DNA of 64,000 nucleotides, taken from positions 10,044,001 to 10,108,000 of the forward strand of contig CP075494.1 in assembly GCA_021613535.1 (NCBI GenBank), read 5' to 3'. Positions 1 to 11,129 of the stretch are shown here, piece by piece. Numbering within the stretch: position 1 is the first letter of the stretch; every line of letters begins with the position of its first letter. The notes beneath the pieces were generated by a model. That model was not told the origin of the DNA and did not search any database. It worked only from the letters and a program-made list of their open reading frames with translations. Source of the DNA: Adineta vaga (Eukaryota > Animalia > Rotifera). The translations under genes and the position numbers were made by a program.

Positions 1-12
1 GACAGAGAAACA

Positions 13-64
13 TAAAGTACGCGTACTTTAGTACGATTTTGTTCGTGCTCGTACTTGAGCACGA
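13..64. repeat. 18-bp perfect palindrome plus adjacent 8-bp-stem hairpin
   Basis: taaagtacgcgtacttta (13-30) is self-complementary; tcgtgctc (43-50) and gagcacga (57-64) flank a 6-nt loop. Confidence 0.8.
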
Positions 65-272
65 TGATCTACTATTTGAAACTTCAGACAGAGACATTTA
101 AACAAGAAAGTTATGTTTTAATTTATGCGAATGATAACGATGACCATATATCTTGCCAATCTCTGATAAGATATACAAAAATGGATTCTCATCAGTTATT
201 TTTTCTTATTCGAATTTCATATCGAAATGAATTTTAAAATTAATGCAAAAAAAAAAGATTTATTTCTCTCCT

Positions 273-611
273 TCATGTTAAATTATCAACTGCAATGACA
301 TAAATATAAATAAGAACAATAAATACAATCCATCCAATTAATCCTCCCAATGTAATTAATAGATTGAATGTTAATGCCAATGAACTCATCGTTTGTGCAC
401 CAATGAAATTATTCGTATTTTTATAATTTCGACAAATAATCGAAAATACCAGTGGAATGACACCAAAAAATCCCCAGCCAAGAAAAAGATTTAAAATGGA
501 CCACGGTAAATAATCATTAACATAAGGTCGCTCGGAAACTATCGTTAGGGTTGTTGTACCAGGATACGGTGGTGGTGGTGGCGGCGGTGATGTTTCTTTA
601 TTAAAAGACAT
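273..611 (-). CDS. CD225/dispanin (IFITM/PRRT-like) membrane protein
   Basis: Intronless ORF from ATG at 611; PPPPPPY N-terminus, then DYLPWSILNLFLGWGFFGVIPLVFS...GAQTMSSLALTFN plus a second hydrophobic segment, the CD225 pattern. Confidence 0.8.
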   Translation of the reverse strand: MSFNKETSPPPPPPPYPGTTTLTIVSERPYVNDYLPWSILNLFLGWGFFGVIPLVFSIICRNYKNTNNFIGAQTMSSLALTFNLLITLGGLIGWIVFIVLIYIYVIAVDNLT

Positions 612-723
612 TTTCAACTTCTATTTTTTTTCGAAAATTCTAGATTATATATATATACATATTCTCTTGAGAAAGTTTACATCTGGTTTTTATTGATTTA
701 TTATCAAATATATACGAAATGAT

Positions 724-1331
724 TTATTTTTTAACTGATGGAATTCGACTTAATCGTTTTTGAATAATTTGATTTTTAGCATAATCTTTCGCATATTCTC
801 GTGCAGAATATGTTGCTTGAACTTGATTAACTCGTTTTTGAAGTTGTTGAAAATCATTTTCATATTGAAGTTGTTGATGCTTTCGATGTTGTTTATTTAA
901 ACTAAATAAATATACATTCTTGATCGAATCGAAAAACATATTAATATATTTACTTAAGTGGAACATAATGATTATGACTGTCAATAAATGCTCCATTTTT
1001 AACAATCTTTGCTAAAAGACGATCATTTTCATTTTTTATTCTTGCTAATTCTTGTTCTTTAATCTAAATTTAATAACACAAAGAAAAGCAATGTTCGTAG
1101 AGCTGATCAAATTGATCTACTTGTTTTTGTCGAGTACGTTGAGAACAATGTGGACGAGCTGTTGGTGCTGTTTGATCTAAACGACTGCGTGCATTTTTGA
1201 TCTAATGAAATTTAGAAATGACAGAACTATCCAAATATAAGATTTACATTTCTTTCATGATCAGCTTGAGTTTTTCTAAAGAGCTTCTCTGCCAAATGTC
1301 TATTTGCACCAGGTAAATTATAACAAAGCAT
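724..1331 (-). CDS. CFAP97/KIAA1430 (Hemingway)-domain ciliary protein, 4 exons
   Basis: Spliced translation MLCYNLPGANRHLAEK...IKNARSRLDQTAP...ELARIKNENDRLLAKI...SLNKQHRKHQQLQYENDFQQLQKRV; the ENxxLLxKI and SLN motifs fit the family; GT-AG introns. Confidence 0.65.
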
Positions 1332-1574
1332 GATTTGAGTTACTTCTATCGAAAAATAGTAAAAAATGAATGAATGTTTCATTTTCTCTATGTTTTCATA
1401 GAGAAGATCTATACATGACAGGTTGTTTTGTGATGAGATTTTGTGTAATTCAAGGTTTGCATTAATAAACATAGAGAATGAAGAGAAAGGAAAGAAACAA
1501 CAACGAATGAGTTCTATTAGGTTTATATGAGGACTAATGAAAATACAACGAAAATATTATCATTGGAAGTGTCT

Positions 1575-2510
1575 TTAAAAATTTGGAGCAAGTAAATCAC
1601 GAATAATTGGATCATTTTTGCATCTAAAATTCAAAATCTATTGATTAAAAATCAAATAAAATAATCAAACTGAATTTTACCCAGTAATGAATTCTTCTTT
1701 ACTTAGTTTCTTATCACCACTAATATCTAATTTTTGTATAATTTCTTTTGCACGTCTTTTTGGATCTCGTTCACCTTTTCGATCTGTTACGCCAGCACGA
1801 TCATACTAAATATTCCTCGTACAAATTCATTGAAAAAAACAAAATTCTATCTTACAATAGCTGATATAACATTAGCTAATTCTTTCTGATCAATATGTCC
1901 ATCTTCTGATTGATCCCACCTAGGAAATAGAAAGTCAATTATGAATAGATTCGTTTCGAATTTTTTTTACATATCAAAAACAAATGAAAGACGTGAACCT
2001 AAATCGTTTAGACGATTGATTAAAACAATCACAACAAGAAATTCATTGAAATCAACAAAACCATCTTGATTTACATCGATCATATCAAATATTTGCCTAT
2101 AAAAAGAAATCATTTCAAAATGTCAAGGTGTACTTCGTGTTCTATACTCAAATGAATTGATCGTTTCGTTTCGTGGTTGTAATTTTTTATAATATTCATT
2201 GAAAGCTTTTTTATCTAATTCTCCTGCTGGACAATGATGAAGAAAATCCTACAATTTCTATACATTATTTTTATATTCCAATCAAAATAAACATACAGCA
2301 TGCCAATGTTGAATTTCTATACGAAATAAAAGTTCGAATGAATTGAAATCTCAAGTTAATAAAATACCTTCTTCAGTTATTCGAGATGCTTCTAATAAAG
2401 CAGCAATTTCTAAGAGAATTTAAGTGAAATAAAATTTTGATTTTAGTTCGAAATAACAAACCTCTCGGAGTTAATTCCATTGATATACGACCTTTTCGAT
2501 TTCTCGACAT
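1575..2510 (-). CDS. Neuronal calcium sensor/recoverin-family EF-hand protein, 8 exons
   Basis: Hand-spliced: EIQHWHADFLHHCPAGELDKKAF...FDMIDVNQDGFVDFNEF...FDMWDQSEDGHIDQKEL...LDISGDKKLSKEEFITGCKNDPIIRDLL; CPxG motif and three canonical EF loops; includes a 20-nt exon (2297-2316). Confidence 0.9.
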
Positions 2511-3073
2511 TTATCTATGACCGTCTGTTATATGTTATTTCTGATTACTGAAATCACGTTTGATGTTTTCAATGGAATGTATATAAGATAAGCAAGCAAT
2601 TTCTTCAATTAACTATACCAATAAATTTCTTTGAAATAAAAAGAATAATCAATGCGTAGTAAGCAAAATTAATCCTTGTTTTCAATAAATACCACACGAA
2701 GGCTTTTTCTTCCTTTTTTACAATCGATTTAGAAGTAATAACATACTTGAATATTTATTTGAAAGAAAAAAAAAGATTTCTCTTTGTTATTGTATTTATG
2801 ATTAAATTATTCTCAAAAATTTTGACATCGAACATAGAATAAATATGAAAACATAGATATTCTATCAATACTTAAGTTATATTATATTCTTCGTTTCATT
2901 TTTGGAATAATTTCTTCTATTGATATCAAAGACTTCAGAATCATTAAAATGAAATAATATGTAGAATGTCATCTTGTTTTTACTGATTTTTGTACATTGT
3001 TTCGTTGACACATGAGAATAAGATGAAAACTTGCGCGTAATTTATCATGTGTTGACTGAATGACAACGCATAA

Positions 3074-3454
3074 TTGTCTTCCTTACGAAATGGATTTATA
3101 GAAACAAGCTGTTTGATAAATAATTCACATACAGCATCGATATTACCACATGGGAATGTGTTGATGATCGGTGAATTATACAGTTTTCACAGACAAGTAA
3201 CTCTTTTACAGAATGAAAAAGTATCAATTACTGGTGAGGCATATGAAGTTAGATATAAGATGACTGCTAAAATATATAATCCAACAGTAGGCAAATGGAG
3301 ATACACAGAAAAGATGAAATTCGTTCGTATAGGCCATACAGCATGTTTATTAAAGGATGGAACAGTGCTACTTTTTGGTAGTAAAAGTGATCGGGAATAT
3401 CCATCTGATACATTTATGTCTTGGTCATCGGTAATAGATTCGATATACAAATGA
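3074..3454 (+). pseudogene. Degenerate kelch-repeat fragment
   Basis: HTASILPHGNVLMIG, VTLLQNEKVSITG, AKIYNPTVGKW, RIGHTACLLKDGTVLLFG; blades truncated, GG motifs lost, ORF starts at TTG rather than ATG. Confidence 0.55.
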
Positions 3455-4038
3455 TTTCATTACTTTACTTAACAAAAAAACCGTAAAATTCATTGATGCT
3501 ATTAACTATTCATTACTTTTTATAAGTTATAAAATTTGTTCGATTGCATACATGTACTTATTAGTGAAATGATATAAATCAATAGAAGGAAAACTTCGAA
3601 TAAAATATTCAGTTATAAACTAATTCTTCTTTTCAATTGCAATAACATCTCTACTAAATCATCAAGTCTTTTTTTTTGACACAATATTCATGAAAAGCAA
3701 TCACATTCTCTGCGATCGTTTAAAAATATGTAAATAGATATTAGCTCTGCATGATATATTTTCAAGTTGTTATATTCATAATTTCTACAGGTAAGTGTGT
3801 TTCTTTTATTTTGTTATAGAAATATTTGTACTGCGTTTCATAACATTTACATTGTAGCAAACTACGACGACTCTAAATAAAAATTACTTCTATATGAAAT
3901 TTCAAGGAAAAAAGGGTGTGATTAATCTATATGTATTCACCTACGAAAAACGCCTTTAGATATTGTCTTTTTTTTTCAACCTATAAGTATTCAATACATA
4001 AGTTGTATTTACATGTTCTTGCCAAAGTGTAATCGACT

Positions 4039-4864
4039 ATGTTCGTCACGTATATAAGTGTATTATTACTGCTAATCCATCAAACAGAATGTGCGATGGA
4101 AGCTACTGCTGTATTATATCAAAATGGTACGAATACAACTGGTGGTACGTTAAAATTCGTTCAAACGAATTCTAGTACGCCGGTCAATGTAATTGGTCCA
4201 ATCTCAGGACTTGTTGCAAACAGTACACATGTATAAATACTAATTAATAAAAGAAAATTCGGCAAAGTTTTCTCCTTTTTTTTAGGGCTTTCATGTTCAT
4301 ACATATCCCGTATTAGATTATTCTCCAAATTGCTTATCAGCTGGTGATCATTTTAATCCATATAGTGAGTTATTGACTGAAAAAATTTCTTTGCATACAA
4401 TTCGTTGTATTTACTGTCTAGATACATCTCATGGACCAATGACAGCTGATATAACTGGTCGACATGTTGGTGATCTTGGAAATCTCGTAATGAACGCAAA
4501 CGGATCTGTCTATGTCAATTTTACAGATTCAATTATTCAATTGTACAATATGACACAATCTATTATTAATCGAACGATTATTATACATTTTAACCGTGAT
4601 GATGGAGGTTTGGGTAATTCTTCTACTAGTAATACGACTGGGTATGGTTACGTATGTTTTTGTTTCCGTAATTGATTATATCTCTTATTTCATAATAGAA
4701 ATAGTGGTGATCGTATTCTCTGTGGTCTTATCGTAAGATCTACGAATACGACATCAGTTACTACAACACCATCAAACAAATCATCAACGATTATTTTGAA
4801 TATGAAATTGTTTCTATTTATTTTCTCAATAGTATTCATTATTGGTCATACCGTTGTCTACTAA
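4039..4864 (+). CDS. Extracellular Cu/Zn superoxide dismutase with signal peptide and probable GPI-anchor tail, 4 exons
   Basis: GFHVH, SAGDHFNP, SHG, RHVGDLGN, RTIIIH, GNSGDRILCG: all metal ligands, the catalytic Arg and the disulfide Cys are present; hydrophobic N- and C-termini. Confidence 0.92.
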
Positions 4865-5252
4865 ACATTACGATCAATTTGTTCACTTACATTTTTCCAT
4901 GGACTAATATACTTACTGTTTTACATAATAAAGCGATTGTTTCTCTATTAAACGAAAAGTTTATTTTATTATCACATGTTATTTTTAACCTGAAAAATAA
5001 ATCATTTGTAGAAAATAAATCTATAGTCATTTCCGTTTGATCTAGGAAAGAATAGATATGGTTGCCTAGTAGAACCTATCTTTTTCTTTTCTTATCATTA
5101 TATTACAACGTCAAACGAATAATTAGATGATTCGTTAGTCAACAAAAGAAAAGAAAAGTAACATTGCTTGCACTGTCTATGTACACATTCATTTGAGTCA
5201 TTTAATCATTCAAAGAAAACAGAATAATCCATTGAACGATCAACATTCAATA

Positions 5253-6428
5253 ATGAAGATATGTAAGTTGTTCTTTCCTTTTTCTTCTAGACTTAAAAGA
5301 TTTCATTTTTCATAGATTTCATATCAATTATTATGATGAAACTTGTCTTTTGTATTCCATACAATCAACTATGTACATTTTCTTCTGGTAGTTGTAATTG
5401 GAGTATTGGCCGACGATGGCATATTATGAATTTTGATGATCAAAATAAAGGTTACTCGAATTATCGATAGAAATTGTTTTGTTTCAAATAAAATTTTTAT
5501 TTTAGTTTTAATTGCTGATGCTGAAAGTAAAGAAGATCAACGAAATGGTTTTACTGATACGATTATATCACCATGGTTACAATTATCTTCTCTGTGTTCA
5601 TTTGATGGTCGATTAAAATTTCGATTTAGTATATCGAATGAATATGATTATATTGAAATTTATTTAATTGAAAATAATCGAACACGAACATCGTCTTTTG
5701 GTCAATGGAAAAATCGACGAAATAGAAATCATTCAACAGATAAATATGATATTATTTGGCAACAAGGAAATGTTACATTTCAAGTTACTACTGAATTTCA
5801 AGTATAAAATTTATTCGAAGAAAAGAAATATGAAAAATTCATTTTTGTTTAGATTGCTTTGGAAGTCCGTCATTTATCCAATGAGAAAAATTATTCGAAT
5901 GTGTGGTTTGCTATTGATGATATCCTTATCGAAAATTGTCCAATTGGTAAGTCAAAAGTCTCCTATATCAAATCTTTAACATGTTTTTTTTTCTTCTTCT
6001 TACTAGCAATTGTAAACAATACCAACTCTAATGATGATGTGATGATCACTACAAGTTCCATTCCTACTTCATGGATAAGAAGATTTGATAATAATGAAAG
6101 TAATTTAACATTATCTAATGTATCTTTTTGGAAATTATCCGATCTCTCTTCTGAACCACCACCGTCATCTCGTCAAACACTTTTAACATTAATTATTTAT
6201 TTATTCTGTGCCTTAATAGCATTAACATTATTAATCATACTTTTTTCTATTATTATATTTACATATCGTAAACATTGTTGTCGAACATCACCTTCGCCTA
6301 TTGATCATCGTTATCGTTTTGATAAAACATCATTAAACAATCGTATTGGGATACAAATTGAAAATCCTGATCGTGATTATCAAACTGTAAAAACAATTGA
6401 TTCTACTGTTCGTCCGTGTTTTGAATAA
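5253..6428 (+). CDS. MAM-domain single-pass membrane protein
   Basis: Signal peptide; CTFSSGSCNW...IISPWL...WQQGNV...FAIDDILIENCP (MAM termini); TM segment LLTLIIYLFCALIALTLLIILFSIIIF; short cytoplasmic tail. Confidence 0.75.
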
Positions 6429-6494
6429 AAAATAAATAAATCGGGCAAGAAAAACCAGGACTCATTTGTAATTGTATATACAAAAAAAATTATT

Positions 6495-7419
6495 TTAGAT
6501 ATCTAAGGGTACTTGAGTGAGATTTTGATGAACTTGAATTATACTTCGATTATGCCATGGACGATCGAGTTGAACGAGAATATAATCATAAACGAATCTA
6601 TTTGAAATATTCTATAAAATAAAGAATTACAAAAAATAAAGCGAAGAATTTATTTGTCTACTTTTTGAACTTTAACAGCAACAACACCGGATCGTTCTTT
6701 ACCAGTTAAATAAAAAGAAACTGTCATACTTCGATGACCTTTTTCATCGAATATTTTTGCACTAGAAATACAATGTTAAGTGAATGATGACTCAATATTA
6801 TTATTCAGTATTAAGATAATAAGCAATAGAATCTCCTCTTGATTTTCTCGATATTAGAAAAGCAAATTTTCTTTTTCCTCTATTACCGAACATTACTAAT
6901 TCTCATTGATCTAATTTGTGGTGTTGTATGAACTAGAATTGGTATACCCAATGCTTCTTGTACCTATAATCAAATCAATAAAATAGTATTTCAATTAACA
7001 TTAAACTTACATCAGTATTAGCTAAACATAATTTTGACACTTCTTTATAAATTCCATTTGGTGTTTCTCTTGAATAAAGTTCATGTAAGATTAAATAACA
7101 AAGACCACCTAATGTAACAACACCAGCAATGATAACAAGTGAATAAATCGAATCTTTCGCTGTTTGTTGCGCTATGAAAAGACATTTTTGTATAGAGAAA
7201 ATATTCAATCAAAATAATTTCCATACCTTTTTGAGTAAATGTAATGATATCAGTTTGATTCGTTTGAGATTGAACAAGACTATCTATATCTTGTTGTTTT
7301 ATATCTTTTTTCTGCTTATTAGTAATTGTTGATAATTGTCGTGGATTAATAATACTAATTCTACGAAATAATGATGAACGCCATTGTTTCGTCACGAGAT
7401 GAAATGGATAAAAATTCAT
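6495..7419 (-). CDS. TIMM21: Mitochondrial import translocase subunit Tim21
   Basis: Basic presequence; TFTQKAQQTAKDSIYSLVIIAGVVTLGGLCYLILHELYSRETPNGIY...VQEALGIPI...FYLTGKERSGVV. Confidence 0.85.
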
Positions 7420-7743
7420 CTTTTCGAAAAAAAAGAAAAGTGTTTTCTTTTATTTATTCAAAACGAAAAAAGAAGAGAGAAAAAACGGAATGTTAGTTTT
7501 ATTTAAATGTATATATATATATAGCATATTGAGTTTTTCTTTTCGAACTAATAGATCAATCAAATCAGATCACATATAAAAAGCGAGAATGAAATAATGT
7601 TAGTATTATAGAGATACATGGAAGAGAAAAAGAATAATATTGAAAATCACATCCAGATATGGCTTTCGCTTCACAAAAGAAACAATAAATAAAAGTATCA
7701 AATAAGAAAATATGATGTACGAAATCAAGCTCATGTCTGATTT

Positions 7744-8620
7744 TTAATTCATACGAGCATAATCCGTTGCAGTATCATTTGCTTTGAGAATACCTAGGAA
7801 AGAAAATATTCTAATAATCATCCCGAAATGTTTTTTGTTTTTAGATAAAATTACCATATTTCATACGAATTTGATCCGCAACTCGGTTACGATCAGTCGT
7901 TCTAGAAAGAAACAAATTTTATTGTATAATAGCAATCAATTCTATGATCATTCAATCATACCGGACTTCAGCTGCAGCTCGGCGTTCTTCCATTCGTTGA
8001 TCATCTATTTCTTGTCTTCGTTCTTCTCTAGAAAAAAATCTTCATATTTTTTTCGCAATACTTTATTTTCGAATACGAACTTCCGAATACGACGTTTTTT
8101 ACATTTTCTACAAAAGCACCATAAAGTGATCAAAACAGCAATTAAAACAATTCCAGCAAGAACACAAACAATTATAATCCATACTCGAAAATTACCTAAA
8201 TTAATTACATAAATAGATAAATAACATGTTTGAAAATTAACATTCTTTGATTTTTCATTCAACCTACGATAATATTCTCTTATACTCCAATCGTATTCAT
8301 ATATACTGTCAAACATCTCGTTCGAAAACAGAATGAATATTATCAATGATTCAAATAACGGATAAAAAAATCATTTTCAACCTACCGACACATGTTTCCA
8401 CTTGAGTATCAGACGTACTACAATTATTGTTTATGTAATCAATTGTACTGTAAAGAAAACATATTTTTGAGCTTTTACAAAAAGCACATCCACTAATTTT
8501 TAAACATGCTCCACAATCTGTATTCGATTGTTTTCGACATTCTGCATCTGTAGCACCATGGACTGTACTGAAGAGAGCAATAGTACAAATAACGACGAGG
8601 AGAAAATGAGATGTTTTCAT
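7744..8620 (-). CDS. PTTG1IP: PTTG1-interacting protein (PBF)-like PSI-domain membrane protein
   Basis: Signal peptide, PSI-like CxxCL...CAFC...C, NFRVWIIIV TM segment, CFC, basic tail with RTDRNRVADQIRMKYG and terminal YARM. Confidence 0.8.
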
Positions 8621-8672
8621 CTAGAATTAAATAGAACTAGTTTATTTTAAATAAAATGTTAAAATCGATCGA

Positions 8673-9999
8673 TTAATCATGAGGAAAATCAACATGTGTA
8701 AGTAAAGGGGATATCTGCTGAGCAAGTTCTTTCGTTGCTGTACATAGAATACAACGATGGAGAAGATTTAATGGACCACCTTGAAAATAAAAAAAAATAA
8801 AAAGAATTCATACGAATAGAAAATATCATGCGTACCTGATGGATCACATGTATATGCTCCAGCTTCGCGAGCAATCAGATCACCAGCAGCTTGAAATGAA
8901 AAGAAAAAATAGATTTATTTCGAAAACGAATCAGTTTTTCATGGTATACCGTAGTCCCAAATATGAATTCCATACTCAAAATATGCATCGCAACTACCTT
9001 CAGCGACCATACATAAATTTATTGCTGCACTACCAACAGCTCGAATACTAAAAGTGAAATTTGAATAAACTGTTCGTTAGCTTTCGAATGACTTTTGTAC
9101 CTATGAACTTTTCCAATAATAACGCGTAAATTTTGACATTTAGCTTCAATTATGTTAGGCTCACGACTTGAACCATATTCACCAGCAACTTGAGACAATG
9201 CCAAGTCTGATAAAGAAATATACTACATCGTTTGAAATTTTCTCATTTTATGAAATTACCTGTCTGTCCCGAACATTTGATAGGCCGTCCATTTCTAAAG
9301 GCACCTTTACCGCGAACTGCTGAATATAATTTGTCTAAAACTGGATTGTAAACTACTCCAATAACAACTTCCTTGTTAATTGCTAATGCAATAGATATGG
9401 CCACAAACGGAAATCTAATTTATCAAAAATGAAAAACATTATTTCTGCAATTTTAACTCTCATTTACCCATGAACAAAATTTGTTGTACCATCAATTGGA
9501 TCTATGATCCATGTTGGATCATTTCCAAATTCTGTTTTTACGCCAGCAGCAGCGGATTCTTCTCCGATAAATCTAGAAATATATTTTAAGAAACTATCTA
9601 CAGAATTTATTTCGGTAATTACTTATGTGTTGGAAATTTTTCTCGTAAACTTTTTATTAAAATTTCTTCAACACGTTGATCGAATTCGGTGACCAAATCT
9701 GCAGCGCCTGATTTCGTTTCGACCCGTTTGGTTATCGAAAATCCTTCAATTACAACCTAACAACAAAAAAGACGAATACGCATATAAATATTTTCTTCCT
9801 TTTTTTGTGCATAACAAAATCAATAGACCATAGTAGTATAGTCACATTGACTCACAATTTCATACGAAAAGAAGAAGAAAAAAGTCAGGTTTCGTTTTTC
9901 TCTCGGTAAAGATATATATATATATATACTTACTTTACCAGCCAATGATGCGAGGTCAAGTACAGTTCTGTAATAAACATCAATCTCTTGTTCTGTCAT
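8673..9999 (-). CDS. IMPA1: Inositol monophosphatase
   Basis: [51 protein letters not shown] across 8 exons. Confidence 0.95.
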
Positions 10000-10408
10000 A
10001 GTTATTTTATTTTGAAATAAACAATCGCGAAATCTAAAAGAAATAATCTACAGATGTTTTAGATTAGGTCAAAATATTAGAAAAACTTGATGTCTTCCTA
10101 CTACTAAATTATAGGTTAAGTTCTGAAAAGTTTTAAAAGATGTGTCAATAAATCAATATCATTTTTAAAAACAAAACAATAGAGATACACGTGAGCACTT
10201 GAAGAGAAAATATCAAACGCATCTTTGATATAAGATGACGAAATTCAATCATTAAATGTAAATGGTACATTGAAGATTGATTTGTTTTTCAAGTAAAAGC
10301 CGTTTTTTCTCTTTTCCGTTCTGTCCTCCTCTCTTCTCGTTCTCGACTTGATTAATGATTCACTAGTACTTGTAGAAAACTTTCTCTCGACTTCTCAAAA
10401 ATTGAGAG

Positions 10409-10422
10409 ACGAGATGGCGCTC
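10409..10422 (+). promoter_or_regulatory. CTCF/YY1-like motif upstream of IMPA
   Basis: acgagatggcgctc; similar copies at 14422-14437, 42974-42987, 50898-50911 and 55037-55050. Confidence 0.35.
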
Positions 10423-11129
10423 ATAGCCGGATATCATGAACTTTCGATGCATTGTATTCATTGAATTTTGATGTGAATTTATAACAGACGTATTTTCTTT
10501 ACTCAAATATCAATAAATGCAGCAGATTGTGTGTCTATTTAAAATGTAGGATTCATACGAAAGATTGATCTACATAACATATCTATACGAGAATATAGAT
10601 GAACACTTTGAATATTACTAATAAATCTTTTTTTCCATCACATACACATTAAAAAAAGTACATACTGAATAATTAAATGAAAGAAAAACAAAGTCAAACA
10701 ATTGATGTCTTATTTTGATTGTTGTTGTCGAAATAGAATGTAAAAAGAACAAAAATACATATGTGAGCATGTATTTGTGTTGATAAGCAAACATCGGTCG
10801 ATTTGAATTCAAAACAAAATTTTGAAAGAAAAGTTCTTCGAACAATAGTTATTTGTATACACACAGTAACTATGTGTTGAAACATTCTTAGTTGTTTTTA
10901 AACTGTACCATTCAATAATGGAAATATCTTATAGACAGTTTTTATTCTTTGTTAAAAAAATAAAATATGAAATGTTTTTCATATCATTCTAGCTTTTAAA
11001 TGCTATATTTAGAAAAAAAATAATCATATTTTTACAAAAGAGTTCAAATTTTTTAACACAAAGAAATATTAACAATAATTAATGTTTAATTTGTTTACAT
11101 GTATATTGAATATTGCCTGTTGTCTTTTG

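Noticed and set aside
3781-3796. TTCTACAG|GTAAGT resembling a recursive splice (ratchet) site
   Set aside because: A normal acceptor follows 67 nt later (3857), so an ordinary non-coding or 5'UTR intron explains it, and there are no long introns here
8200-8385. Alternative terminal exon in the long PTTG1IP intron giving a secreted PSI peptide
   Set aside because: Weak acceptor, no clear poly(A) signal; too speculative
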